IMG/VR virus record: IMGVR_UViG_2030936005_000025
Location: 64,001-128,000 of that record
Length of the DNA stretch: 64,000 nucleotides
Direction: 5' to 3' (one strand)
Source: a virus
Lineage: Duplodnaviria; Caudoviricetes
Made by a program: the position numbers and the translations under genes. Of this stretch, positions 29,701-38,607 are shown piece by piece (the stretch's first letter is position 1; each line of letters opens with the position of its first letter). The notes beneath the pieces are model-generated. The model had not been told where the DNA came from. It was given only the letters and a program-made list of their open reading frames with translations, and did not search any database.

Positions 29701-30490
29701 GCCCTGAGGACGCCTCAGCCGCTTTAGCAGCGTTGTAAACTGTGATACGTAAATCGTCACGGGTTCCGTCTAAAGTCTCTTCTAAGGTAGCTACAGAGAC
29801 GTTAGCAACATTACCTAAACCGATCGCTGCTTTATTGACACCATGCGCATCTTGTTTGTTGGCAATATGACGATCCAGCATCTTGGTTAAGATGTCTTTA
29901 TACCCATCAATATAAACTGCAAGATGATCTTGGAAACTTTCCAGCATGAAGTCAGTGGCTGAACTTGTCAATGCCACATAACTCGCAATACGATTCAGTT
30001 CTCTGACCAAGTCAGTAAAACCGAAGATATCGTAAGCCAGATCGTGTTGATGGATATCTGGAATATACCACAACGGTTTGTTGTCGATATTATCCCACAT
30101 CACGAAACGGTCATCCTGATAGATACTCTGAAGCATGTTCAGAATCTCATTGGTAATCGCGTTGAAGTTACCCACAACTTGATAATCCATTTTCCATTCA
30201 ACAATGGAGTCTTTCAGGAGACGAACGAACAGACCCACAGGTTTACCGGTATACTGAGTTAGCTTACCCATGATACCGTAGAACTCGTAATCTGTACCTT
30301 CCACCATAAGTTTACCAGAGGTGTCGTACATCTTAAATGACTTCTGGTAGAAAGGACCTTTTGGCGGAATAAAGATATGGTTGTTAACAACCTCGGTTCT
30401 GGATTTTGATTCTTGTAACACCAGGTTGTATTTCGAACTCCCGGTGAGATCAAGCTTATATAAAGGAATATCTTCTTTGATCATTGTCAA
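26771..30490 (-). CDS. Tail fibre / baseplate-attached virion protein, 1239 aa
   Basis: HIANKQDAHGVNKAAIGLGNVAN fibre motif; PPTIAGSFEGLGG; paralog of neighbours. Confidence 0.75.
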   Translation of the reverse strand: MTMIKEDIPLYKLDLTGSSKYNLVLQESKSRTEVVNNHIFIPPKGPFYQKSFKMYDTSGKLMVEGTDYEFYGIMGKLTQYTGKPVGLFVRLLKDSIVEWKMDYQVVGNFNAITNEILNMLQSIYQDDRFVMWDNIDNKPLWYIPDIHQHDLAYDIFGFTDLVRELNRIASYVALTSSATDFMLESFQDHLAVYIDGYKDILTKMLDRHIANKQDAHGVNKAAIGLGNVANVSVATLEETLDGTRDDLRITVYNAAKAAEASSGRNDKLFPSGSLPILRYGSDTFIPPTIAGSFEGLGGSSRRGGAIIETDGTLLILNHRNNGKYRGLYFIRCRNWQAKDAVYDFTSYLYQHPTATAAGATLDSIINGSNKYVMVVGDSIKNLWWWCETKGTFNPDRHVLIPLSGEWVTQDIVGNINPADIYNNVDGANVIADANYADYWGIVQAYRAPEFAERRPSAFPEWKTLGYGAWNNYPLQRIAYSINIVAGKSGTIKRAHINFNHPLWGNANDSYFMPYAPKYENINGKRVCTSHFAVYDPPIDGCWAFRDPNAYWLGKGTLGEFAVRIEVANNNIGYNTVNFQGWSTWAGSFKITRNGADFTIDVTPAPGFDKIYTVDTTVGGQVSGKKEWDNYNRYVMNASTYYPSALDNTGSAALTGAYISFTQGFGNTAFPPAYAIVRARYLESAEKMLESPQSGPWDVVYDRLMFNETNPLGMGTLWANQRLVCADSDDYTKACIIGTQGIPGVGLRWYFRYTPFLDSNFQHVKPSQQSTFQGKSFQNYPFTPSGVLTDIGQWYMLGTHYPRAGVNAKDVFRRMLGCNSDTRIDGKAPTNPTDPNGVGKRRGDGIWPYDSQMKIVDNVPTIQVVTAYNVIPAIIRTLVPLLVAQGFTQEQVLETYQVHHYQAPNGTWHAVWTFLSPRMPDLYYAGIVTTVAPKGTAVTKDGYQYYADCEITVLSPVKITRKVNATNTNTITHTYYGATSGNAYANGIGIPYKAWDRGSTYDNTGYYGFMQGIAQHMYQGNSRPMQVHFEINAAGTEMTKLDFRDAAVWGPDNFMVVNPYNGVGAALPNAYIFEGAALASDIFDTTGNIYDKFAGNTYNGTSAIGMSNILTPQYTVYFQNANDVLIAGKMYDIPATYIDILTLDSSPANKKYYIYLQYSGGQGVYNITKDVRPESSSQALIGTVYCGPTQIDRIEPYNRFTMDGAQISAKREGSAILASSGSLFDIGDTSTILLDTDFIS

Positions 30491-30504
30491 AAGACCTTGT
30501 GATA

Positions 30505-30531
30505 CTTAACTGGGATTGTCTCCCAGTTAAG
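30505..30531 (-). terminator. Hairpin
   Basis: cttaactggga-ttgtc-tcccagttaag. Confidence 0.65.
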
Positions 30532-30538
30532 ATAATGG

Positions 30539-31300
30539 TTATTGCCATTCACCAGTTTGATAACCACGGATCATTGCTTTCATGAAAGCAACATTAACCA
30601 GCAGGTTCTCAGCGTTACCCGACATGTCAGCAGGGTACTGTGCCATTGCCCAGTCTTCCAGGTTATTAACACCCAGCATTGAGAGAGTAGCTTTGTGGGC
30701 TTTCTGAAGATCATCTTTAAGATGCTGTTCAAAACGACTCATCCACGTTGCATCTGGGTTCTGAGTGATCGCGTCCATATAGGACTTCATCCAGACAATC
30801 AGGTCACCGTAGTTCATGGTGTCTGAAGCAGGATGTTGATGCGGGTCAGCAGGCCACGTCAACGGCAGATTAACGATGTTGTTCCAGTCAGTGGTACGTG
30901 GAGACGTCAACTGGTTAGCAACTGCTTCTGCATAGGCCAGATCGCTTAATACGAAGTCACCACCAATGGTGTCGTAAGAGATCAGGAAGTCAGCAGGTGA
31001 AGTCACCCCTTTAACCTGAATTGCACCCCAAGCTAAACGATTGTAGCGTTCGTTGAAAGCACCGAATGGATAAAGGAAAGAATAGTCGCCGGCTTCAAAG
31101 CTCAGTACACGACCTGAGTCTTTTAATTTGATGGTGAAGTCACGACTAAAGAATGGACCACAGCGTGGAACAATAATTCCTGCACCATTTGAATCAGCCT
31201 GTTGTTCTTCATCAGTGATGCGGTTAGCCGGGTTATCTTGGAAGGGATTCCAAGCATAGGTGATCTTACCGAGCACCTGGAGTTTTGCATCATTTGACAT
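30539..31300 (-). CDS. Virion protein matching only the N-terminal module of the fibre paralogs, 253 aa
   Basis: IVPRCGPFF and DWNNIVNLPLTWPADPHQH match IPPKGPFY and WDNIDNKPLWYIPDIHQH of 26771-30490. Confidence 0.7.
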   Translation of the reverse strand: MSNDAKLQVLGKITYAWNPFQDNPANRITDEEQQADSNGAGIIVPRCGPFFSRDFTIKLKDSGRVLSFEAGDYSFLYPFGAFNERYNRLAWGAIQVKGVTSPADFLISYDTIGGDFVLSDLAYAEAVANQLTSPRTTDWNNIVNLPLTWPADPHQHPASDTMNYGDLIVWMKSYMDAITQNPDATWMSRFEQHLKDDLQKAHKATLSMLGVNNLEDWAMAQYPADMSGNAENLLVNVAFMKAMIRGYQTGEWQ

Positions 31301-31335
31301 TAACTTTGTTCCTCTGAAAAAGGGTTTTTTAACGC

Positions 31336-32559
31336 ATGTACACTTATAAATATTCGGTGGGGCGATATAAAAACTATAGACCGGGATACCACATCGTGGA
31401 TATCAAGGACTACAGTGTAGCTGATCTAGAGAAACTGTTTGACATTCTTTATATCGTCATCAACGATGGCTTTTATAAAGTTGACATGAGTATCTCTCTT
31501 GAAGACTATCGCTTTTCTTTCGCCGCCAATCCGACAATGGATATCGGAGAGTGGTTAACATCCCAAAATGGAAATAACCTTAAGTCAGCAGGGATCTTCC
31601 CAGGTGACACATACCAGTATGTAAAACTGGAAAGGATATTTACTTATGGGTATTTCCATTATCCAGCTGATTTAAATCTTGCAAATGATAGACAGGCCGA
31701 CCTGTTTTCTGACATGGCTCCTGACGTTCGTATTGCCCACTACATGTATGACAATGTGGACTATGGCAAGATCAATGATTACTCGCTGTTCACTGTGAAC
31801 GGTGTCTTTATGAGAAGTGTTTCTCGAAGCGACGGTATCTTCTTAAAAGGTGCTGGACTCGATTACATTAAACACCGTAATGACCTTCGCATCGGTGCGC
31901 TCAACTTTGAGAAATTGGGTAAAGTAAAAACAGTTCCCATCACTGAAGATATTCTTTTAGAAGAAGAATTCGATGGTGGCAAACGTCTGTCATGTCAATT
32001 GGACGATATCGTTAACAAAACGATCTACATTGTCGTGAACGGTCAGTTGATGGTCGATACCAATATCGTTTATCGTGTTGCTGAGAATCGTGTGGCGATT
32101 AACTTAGCCTCTTTTGATGTAGCACATCACTACCTCAATTATAAGGAGTATACACGTACTCCGAAGTTAACTGTCCTCAGTAAGTTTGAAACTTATAAAC
32201 GTCAGGCATTATTGGCGCACAACAGTTTCTTTGTTATTGTTGACAATCCAAGCTTAGGGATCGATGTTGTACCATTGACTACCTTCCACTATCCTAACGC
32301 CTTGCATACCAGCGATCGCTTCCAGCATCCAGTTGTGCTAGACAATGGGATGTTCCCAACGCCGTATATACGGACGTATGGGATTAAACAACGTTTGTTA
32401 AACCACGACCTGCGAGTCTATAAAAAATATCCATTTATGACAGCGGGTGCTTTGGGGGGTAACGTCTTGTTAGACGATGCAATCAACCAAGGCGATCCAG
32501 GGTCATTATCAAAAGGATGGATGTTTAAGATTCACGGTGTCACATTGAAGGCTTCATAA
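31336..32559 (+). CDS. Putative virion structural protein, 407 aa
   Basis: Long ORF divergent from the fibre cluster; product inferred from context only. Confidence 0.6.
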   Translation: MYTYKYSVGRYKNYRPGYHIVDIKDYSVADLEKLFDILYIVINDGFYKVDMSISLEDYRFSFAANPTMDIGEWLTSQNGNNLKSAGIFPGDTYQYVKLERIFTYGYFHYPADLNLANDRQADLFSDMAPDVRIAHYMYDNVDYGKINDYSLFTVNGVFMRSVSRSDGIFLKGAGLDYIKHRNDLRIGALNFEKLGKVKTVPITEDILLEEEFDGGKRLSCQLDDIVNKTIYIVVNGQLMVDTNIVYRVAENRVAINLASFDVAHHYLNYKEYTRTPKLTVLSKFETYKRQALLAHNSFFVIVDNPSLGIDVVPLTTFHYPNALHTSDRFQHPVVLDNGMFPTPYIRTYGIKQRLLNHDLRVYKKYPFMTAGALGGNVLLDDAINQGDPGSLSKGWMFKIHGVTLKAS

Positions 32560-33014
32560 TGGAAAGTAAATTAAAAGCACTGAATACAATAGCACTCTGG
32601 TTAATTGTGTTTTTTGTAGGTGGTTATCTTATTTTCAAACCAAGCAGTAATCTCGATAAAGAAACCGTAACGCGTTTGACTGCGGTTGTTGACAAACTGG
32701 GTGTTGCGTCAGAGAACATGACCAAGCTTGCTGACTCTCAGCGAGATTGGTTTAATAATCTACAACAGCAAGCGTCCCAAGGTGAAGTACTTCGTAATAA
32801 CAATTATGGGACTCTCTATGAAAAGTATGGTTACAAAAATGCAGCGGATACTCTTGGGAATGGGTCTCCTTCTCTTGATGACCTTTACCATCAGCGGGTG
32901 CTCGAGCAAACCGACGATCTCAACGGCCAACACTTACGTGGAGTCGAAAACCCAGATCGAAAAGATGGAGCTGTACAAAAGCCAAATAGCAAACCTAAAG
33001 AACAGTCTCATTAG
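32559..33014 (+). CDS. Candidate i-spanin (Rz-like)
   Basis: Single N-terminal TM (IALWLIVFFVGGYLIF) followed by helical/coiled segment; overlapped by a lipoprotein gene. Confidence 0.6.
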   Translation: MESKLKALNTIALWLIVFFVGGYLIFKPSSNLDKETVTRLTAVVDKLGVASENMTKLADSQRDWFNNLQQQASQGEVLRNNNYGTLYEKYGYKNAADTLGNGSPSLDDLYHQRVLEQTDDLNGQHLRGVENPDRKDGAVQKPNSKPKEQSH

Positions 33015-33348
33015 CATTCCGTCTAACGTTTATACGAAAGACTGGAAGGTAAGAGAGTCAAACGTTGGGAAGTTGGATTACTATCTTTCTAACAACGACT
33101 GTCAAGCACAGGCTGACTTCAAGGGATGTTATCGTGAAACCCGTCTTGTCCTGATTACCACGACAAAAGAACTTGATGCTGCGAATGAACAGATCAACCT
33201 TTTGAATCAGGTTGTTGATCGATTATCAGGGAATGTTGAAGCTGTCATTGATAACCTTGATGACGCTAAAGCAGAACAAATAAACCTTAAAGATAAGGTG
33301 GTTGCCAAAGTAACGGATAACGCCAAGGCACTGCTCGATAAAAAATAA
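32818..33348 (+). CDS. Candidate o-spanin (Rz1-like) lipoprotein; start revised to 32818 (or 32839)
   Basis: KMQRILLGMGLLLLMTFTISG-C lipobox (Cys codon at 32899), +1 frame overlapping the 3' part of the i-spanin candidate. Confidence 0.65.
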   Translation: MKSMVTKMQRILLGMGLLLLMTFTISGCSSKPTISTANTYVESKTQIEKMELYKSQIANLKNSLISIPSNVYTKDWKVRESNVGKLDYYLSNNDCQAQADFKGCYRETRLVLITTTKELDAANEQINLLNQVVDRLSGNVEAVIDNLDDAKAEQINLKDKVVAKVTDNAKALLDKK

Positions 33349-33361
33349 AACAAGCATACTA

Positions 33362-33390
33362 CTCTACTCTCCCGTAATGGGAGAGTAGAG
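33362..33390. terminator. Bidirectional terminator at convergent junction
   Basis: ctctactctccc-gtaat-gggagagtagag. Confidence 0.75.
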
Positions 33391-33395
33391 GTATG

Positions 33396-34070
33396 TTAAC
33401 TTTTTGTTGAAAGCATACTTGCCAGTCGATCACGCCAAACATTGATAGCACTCGTTCCTTTAATAACGGCGTTCAGTGTAGCGTTAGCACGTACGAAGTT
33501 CCAAGACGTGATGATAGGTCCGATTACGATCATGAACAGTTGTCCATCACCAGGAAGCGGGTGTCCACCAATCATTGAGTCATGGATAGTCCATGTAAAC
33601 AACAAGCTACAGAAACAGATAACATGAGTAGAGATCGTTCCTGCAATTGCACGAAGCAATACAGTAGTCGGTCCAACTATTTCACGCTCAAAAGCAATAT
33701 CGTGTTGTGAGACAATACCGGGAGCAGGAGCCACCACTACAGAAGGTTGTGCAGGTAATACGGCACCATCTCCAGCAGGTCGTCCTTCCACTTCATCGGT
33801 CACACCAACGATCGTTGATATAATAGATTTTGCATTAACAAAGTTGATCGTGATAATGATAGGACCAATGATCATTAACAACCCGGTCATAAACTCTGGC
33901 CAGGAAGCTTTACCGGTTGTCACACTTAAGTGAACAGACCAGATAAAGACCACACTCATCACGGACACTGTTAAGCACGAATTAAACCCGGAGATCGCCC
34001 GGAGTACAACCGGAATACGATCCCAAGGTTTAACTTCGTATTTGGTTCTAACTTTTAAGGCTGGTGCCAT
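33396..34070 (-). CDS. Four-TM membrane protein with internal duplication; holin candidate
   Basis: Two similar halves LRAI(S/A)G...FxW(S/T)(V/I)H...MI(I/V)(I)GPII...NFV; adjacent to spanin candidates. Confidence 0.55.
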   Translation of the reverse strand: MAPALKVRTKYEVKPWDRIPVVLRAISGFNSCLTVSVMSVVFIWSVHLSVTTGKASWPEFMTGLLMIIGPIIITINFVNAKSIISTIVGVTDEVEGRPAGDGAVLPAQPSVVVAPAPGIVSQHDIAFEREIVGPTTVLLRAIAGTISTHVICFCSLLFTWTIHDSMIGGHPLPGDGQLFMIVIGPIITSWNFVRANATLNAVIKGTSAINVWRDRLASMLSTKS

Positions 34071-34623
34071 CGAACACATCCCAACCTAAGTCTTTGTAAT
34101 ACTGCACTGCAATGTACAACGCAATGAGGATTCCGTCGCATGCATCCCAGGTCAACTTATCCAGATCAAAACCATTGAGATCCAGGAAAGGACATTTCTT
34201 TAATCCTTCCCGTACATCGTCTTTGGTGGATCCGGTAAAATCCGCATCTACAATCTTTTTGGCTAAACGCGGCAATACTAATTTGAAAGGGGTATCTGCT
34301 TTATTCGTCACCGTATAGATGTTCAAATAAGAGACCACTTCGATGAGTCGCTTAAAACTCGCTGGGTTAGGTCCTAAGAAGTTATCTTCGCAACCCACTA
34401 CATCTGGGTCGATCATATCAAACACATGCCCATATGCCCTTGTGAGACCTTTGGCACGCACTTGAGCCTGACTATCAGCGCGAACCCCAAACTCATTGTA
34501 TTCACCGTTTAAGGTATCCACATAAATCAGTTTGAATTTCTTACGCTCATAACAGTCTAATTCTAAAGCCCCTGCGCCCAGCTGACCTGTCGCTGGATCT
34601 ATCCCTAAAATTTTAACACTCAT
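34048..34623 (-). CDS. ruvC: RuvC-like Holliday junction resolvase
   Basis: ILGIDPA, CEDNF, K..V...G...K..V, DACDGILIA: RuvC D-E-D-D pattern. Confidence 0.85.
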   Translation of the reverse strand: MSVKILGIDPATGQLGAGALELDCYERKKFKLIYVDTLNGEYNEFGVRADSQAQVRAKGLTRAYGHVFDMIDPDVVGCEDNFLGPNPASFKRLIEVVSYLNIYTVTNKADTPFKLVLPRLAKKIVDADFTGSTKDDVREGLKKCPFLDLNGFDLDKLTWDACDGILIALYIAVQYYKDLGWDVFDGTSLKS

Positions 34624-34627
34624 AGTC

Positions 34628-35251
34628 TTATCTCACAACAAGTGCATGGAGACGAGATTCTCCATACATCATTAACTCCACCACAGCTAAACATTTAGCC
34701 TGGGTATTGAAGTTATAAACGCCCGGAGCATCCGCACCTTTACCGAAGTATCTGAGTACGAAATACGCCGTCGTGCATCCCTGACTTGGATTCGAGGTAA
34801 AACCATCACCGATAGTGTAGTTGTTTAACAAGGTCATCAATTTGTATGCCTTGTCACCACCTACCAGACCTGAGTCATAACGTACGTCTAAACGCACATC
34901 TTTTAAGAACTCAAGTTCTTTTTCGCTATTTATTACAATCCCAAAATTCTTGATGACTTCATCAAAAATAAATGCCTTGGGATGATCAACAGTTTCATTG
35001 ATCGAAGAAACCACTTTACCGCTTTGTGAATCAATGACGGCCCAAGCTAATTCCCCTGTGTTCACATCGACAATGTCGAGTGCCAGCAATCCATCGCTGT
35101 TTGTAAATGCTAAACGATCCTCATAACGATTGGGATCGAGTGCCAACCCGTATTTATCGTTAATGCTGGCGATAATTGCCTTAACGGTTGACCATTTACT
35201 CAGAGTAATATCCAAAGGGGATTCAGGTTGGGACTTATCAACATCGGCCAT
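34628..35251 (-). CDS. Hypothetical protein, 207 aa
   Basis: AAGGAAGGG RBS; operon context. Confidence 0.7.
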   Translation of the reverse strand: MADVDKSQPESPLDITLSKWSTVKAIIASINDKYGLALDPNRYEDRLAFTNSDGLLALDIVDVNTGELAWAVIDSQSGKVVSSINETVDHPKAFIFDEVIKNFGIVINSEKELEFLKDVRLDVRYDSGLVGGDKAYKLMTLLNNYTIGDGFTSNPSQGCTTAYFVLRYFGKGADAPGVYNFNTQAKCLAVVELMMYGESRLHALVVR

Positions 35252-35268
35252 AATAAGTCCCTTCCTTA

Positions 35269-36201
35269 TTAGCTACCGGTATTAGCTGCAGCGATAGCGT
35301 CAGCACCAACCAGAAGCGGAATCGAGTTACCGTACCAGAAGAACCATGGCATCTTGTTATTTGCGTTAGCATCGCGTGCATATGCTTCAGTGATCTGATA
35401 AGCCACTGTACAAGAAGAAAGTTCTTTGTAGTCTACTGATGCGCCGCTATCAACCTGACCATCGTTGGTCGTTTCGATACCGTAGCACATGTAAACTTCG
35501 TTGATCGCTGCTTTACCTTCGTCGTTAAACAGAATACGACAGACGTTACGCAGTTCTTCCAGATCGTTGCTGTCCAGAGACAAATCGATCTTACCAGTAC
35601 CGTTGATATAGGTATTGGTGATTGGTACGTTGTTGCTTGAGCTAAGCTGATACGGCACTGGACTCAAATCGACTTCACGTGGTACATATTCACGTTCGGT
35701 TTCATTACCAGTAGCTGGATCGCGTTCACCCACCTTCATGGTTGGATCAAACTCAGTGAAGCCAGCCAGTTTCAGCCAGTACAGAATGTAGATGTCATCA
35801 CCGATCTTACGGACTTCGCGAATACGATAGTTATCGCGAACAGTAGGATCCAGATCATTACCCAACTTACGAGCAACCATCGGGATACCATAAAACGGAG
35901 CAAAGTCAACTGCTTTGTGTTGGTAGACCTGACGGCCTTCAAGACCAAAGCTATCTTGACCAATAGCGCGTGAACCACCGATGCCCACACCAAAGTAACC
36001 CAGTTGGAAATCACGACCTTTCTTACGGCCCAGTGATTCATCTGCCAGAATGTTGAACTTCTCATTCAGCGTGGTGTTCTTTAGAATGTTAACGGTTTGG
36101 TTGCAAGATAATGCCGCATTGATAATCAGACCCATACCGGTTGCAGATACCAACTGGTTAGGTAACTTCTGGCTATCACGACCTGAGGAATCAGCCATCA
36201 T
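35269..36201 (-). CDS. Putative virion/baseplate structural protein (start revised to MMADSSG at 36201)
   Basis: AAGGA RBS; phiKZ-like synteny next to the portal-proximal structural gene. Confidence 0.65.
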   Translation of the reverse strand: MMADSSGRDSQKLPNQLVSATGMGLIINAALSCNQTVNILKNTTLNEKFNILADESLGRKKGRDFQLGYFGVGIGGSRAIGQDSFGLEGRQVYQHKAVDFAPFYGIPMVARKLGNDLDPTVRDNYRIREVRKIGDDIYILYWLKLAGFTEFDPTMKVGERDPATGNETEREYVPREVDLSPVPYQLSSSNNVPITNTYINGTGKIDLSLDSNDLEELRNVCRILFNDEGKAAINEVYMCYGIETTNDGQVDSGASVDYKELSSCTVAYQITEAYARDANANNKMPWFFWYGNSIPLLVGADAIAAANTGS

Positions 36202-36208
36202 ATTTCCT

Positions 36209-36466
36209 TTAATTAATGTACTTACGATATTTAATTTTAAATTGACCGCAGTAAATCGGGCAGTCTGGACAGATACAAATAAGGTATCCGCCAGGAACTG
36301 ATTTAATCGATTCAATATCAGTGGAATAGAGTTCGGTTCCTATAAAAGAACGAACAAGTCTCACAACATCCGAAGGGGTAATTTCCTCTATAGATGTCTT
36401 GAGACTGTGTTTCGTAATATAGGCCAAATTCTTTTTAGTGGGGGAGGGTGTTCTCCACTTCGCCAT
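36209..36466 (-). CDS. Small hypothetical protein, about 85 aa
   Basis: Fills the gap between two structural genes, 32-nt overlap, weak RBS. Confidence 0.45.
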   Translation of the reverse strand: MAKWRTPSPTKKNLAYITKHSLKTSIEEITPSDVVRLVRSFIGTELYSTDIESIKSVPGGYLICICPDCPIYCGQFKIKYRKYIN

Positions 36467-38579
36467 TATCGACAACTTCTTTTAATGTCATACTGTTATT
36501 GAGATAAACGTTGTTGACACCAGGTTCATAGTCAATAGGCTTAAGGGTCATCGCGTTACTCAGTCTTGCATGGCCGATGGATTCAGCCACAAACTGGAAC
36601 GGTACATCACCACCCACAGCAAAGGTTAGCTCTCGTGCTTCAAGATCAGCCTGTGGCTTCACGGTCATCGCATTAGAGAGGAACTCAGCGCTGGTATACT
36701 CCAACCCAGTCTCGCCATTTTTGTGCCAATAATCCCCATCCATCAACATCATGTATGGAAGGTTAAATTGACCCTCAGCCGTTACAGTACTTCCGATGTA
36801 TTGAACAGTATAACTGGTGAGATCTTTCATCAGGTTGATCAGGAGACGTTGTTGTTCCCCCACACTGACAATGCTGTTATCTTCCCAGCCGGTGACTTTA
36901 CTCCAGATTGACCATGCATAATCCAGACATTCATCTGGTGTGTAGTCAAGGAAATCAATATCCATCTTGGTCAGGAATTCATCGTACGTCGTGTAGTTGC
37001 CAATCTTAGCAAGACCATCGGCATAACACGCACTAACTGCGTTCTGACGACGTGAACTGATGAAGAGGTTATTCACCTGCGAATATAACTTCTTGTGTTT
37101 CCACATCGCAGTTTGAACTTCCTGACATTTCTGGAAGAAGGTATCTGGAGAAATTAATGTAGGGAAATCCACATGCACTTTCAGAATGTTTTCACACACT
37201 TCTTTGGTGAGGATTTCATAACCACCCAATGTCTGGAGTTCTGCAAGGGTTGGATCAACCAACTTACGAACATGCCAGTAATTGTATTCAGGGATATTTC
37301 CTGGACGAGTAATACCTCGTGCACGATCAATGAGATAATGCCAGAGGATAACACTCTCTGTGGTAGTCATACGTGTTGCCTTCCCAGTACGGGAGTCAAC
37401 CACGTCTACATTAATATTGTACAGTCCTTCAGAAGTTAAATAAATCCATTCGTTATGCAGAACACGCATAATACGATCAGGATCTCGGTTCGTGGTATCA
37501 GTAAGATTCGATTCCAATACCTTGGTCGGTACATCTGAATGAAGGGAGTACTTGATCGCAGATTCTGCATCAACGGTTGTTAGAGCTGCAGCTTGTTCGT
37601 TATCCAATGCCAAAGGAAGTTCTTTAGCGATCAATTCAGGAACAGTCCAGAGCTTGGTATCCACGCCATACGTTTCGGTCAAGTTAATAGGACGACTTAA
37701 CACATACGGCGCAGGTTCCAGGTTTTCCGTCATGTCTTCGGTTGACTGGATAACTTCATAACGAATCAGTGGAATGTTGCGATCGGTCAATACCTTTTTA
37801 AGTACCAGATCAAAAGCTTTCCGACGCCCCAGAATACGAAGTACGTATTCAAGATTGTGATAAAGCCACATTGTCTGATCTCGGTTAATGACATTCTTAT
37901 AAACGTCAGAAAGACCGAGCGAACGCAACCGGCTCCAGATGTAGAATTCGTGCGCATAGCGAGTTCCGTCAGCTTCTTTACGAATCATCAGAATAGCACT
38001 AACCAACATCCCGTATAACTGAGCAAGTAAAGCTGGCAACATAAGGTTGTCAGTATAAACATACTCTGTCTTAAATGATCCGTTCACATTGGCATTGATC
38101 TGATCTTGCAAATAAGGAATCAATTGATATTCATTCCACAATACGTAGTCAGTATTATATCGCAGGATTTGGTAATCATTTGCCGAGACTGATTCACTAG
38201 GCGGTATAGGGTTTAGAATGCCATTGATTAAAATCGATTGGCCGGGGTATTCACTCACAAGTCTTGTGTAGTAATAACTCCCTAAACGGTAAGCGCGTTT
38301 GGTTGCAGTATGAATGGCCAGGTTAGCTTTAGTGAAATCAATTGTCTCACCATTATCCAACGACTGAACAGTCATCATCTGATCCATGACTTGATGGTAT
38401 TCGCCATTCAAGTTTAGATAATACTTCCATTTGCTTTTATCAGTACCCGCATCAATGTTGTAGTACTGTTTAAGCTGCTGATTATCTAATATGGCGAGTG
38501 CTTCACACTTTATGATTATCGTTCGAGCGAACGCTATCGTATTCAGTATGTAAGCTTTAAACTCGGTATTATTAAGCAT
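36435..38579 (-). CDS. Large virion structural protein (phiKZ gp128-like by synteny; start revised to MLNNTEF)
   Basis: Divergent from portal; KWKYYLNLNGEYH-type motif. Confidence 0.6.
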   Translation of the reverse strand: MLNNTEFKAYILNTIAFARTIIIKCEALAILDNQQLKQYYNIDAGTDKSKWKYYLNLNGEYHQVMDQMMTVQSLDNGETIDFTKANLAIHTATKRAYRLGSYYYTRLVSEYPGQSILINGILNPIPPSESVSANDYQILRYNTDYVLWNEYQLIPYLQDQINANVNGSFKTEYVYTDNLMLPALLAQLYGMLVSAILMIRKEADGTRYAHEFYIWSRLRSLGLSDVYKNVINRDQTMWLYHNLEYVLRILGRRKAFDLVLKKVLTDRNIPLIRYEVIQSTEDMTENLEPAPYVLSRPINLTETYGVDTKLWTVPELIAKELPLALDNEQAAALTTVDAESAIKYSLHSDVPTKVLESNLTDTTNRDPDRIMRVLHNEWIYLTSEGLYNINVDVVDSRTGKATRMTTTESVILWHYLIDRARGITRPGNIPEYNYWHVRKLVDPTLAELQTLGGYEILTKEVCENILKVHVDFPTLISPDTFFQKCQEVQTAMWKHKKLYSQVNNLFISSRRQNAVSACYADGLAKIGNYTTYDEFLTKMDIDFLDYTPDECLDYAWSIWSKVTGWEDNSIVSVGEQQRLLINLMKDLTSYTVQYIGSTVTAEGQFNLPYMMLMDGDYWHKNGETGLEYTSAEFLSNAMTVKPQADLEARELTFAVGGDVPFQFVAESIGHARLSNAMTLKPIDYEPGVNNVYLNNSMTLKEVVDNGEVENTLPH

Positions 38580-38607
38580 AAAGGTTCCTGTAAGGAGAAT
38601 CCTGTCA

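Noticed and set aside
32728-32817. ORF-track N-terminus of the lipoprotein
   Set aside because: Would place 30 extra residues before the signal peptide; a later ATG gives a canonical lipoprotein signal
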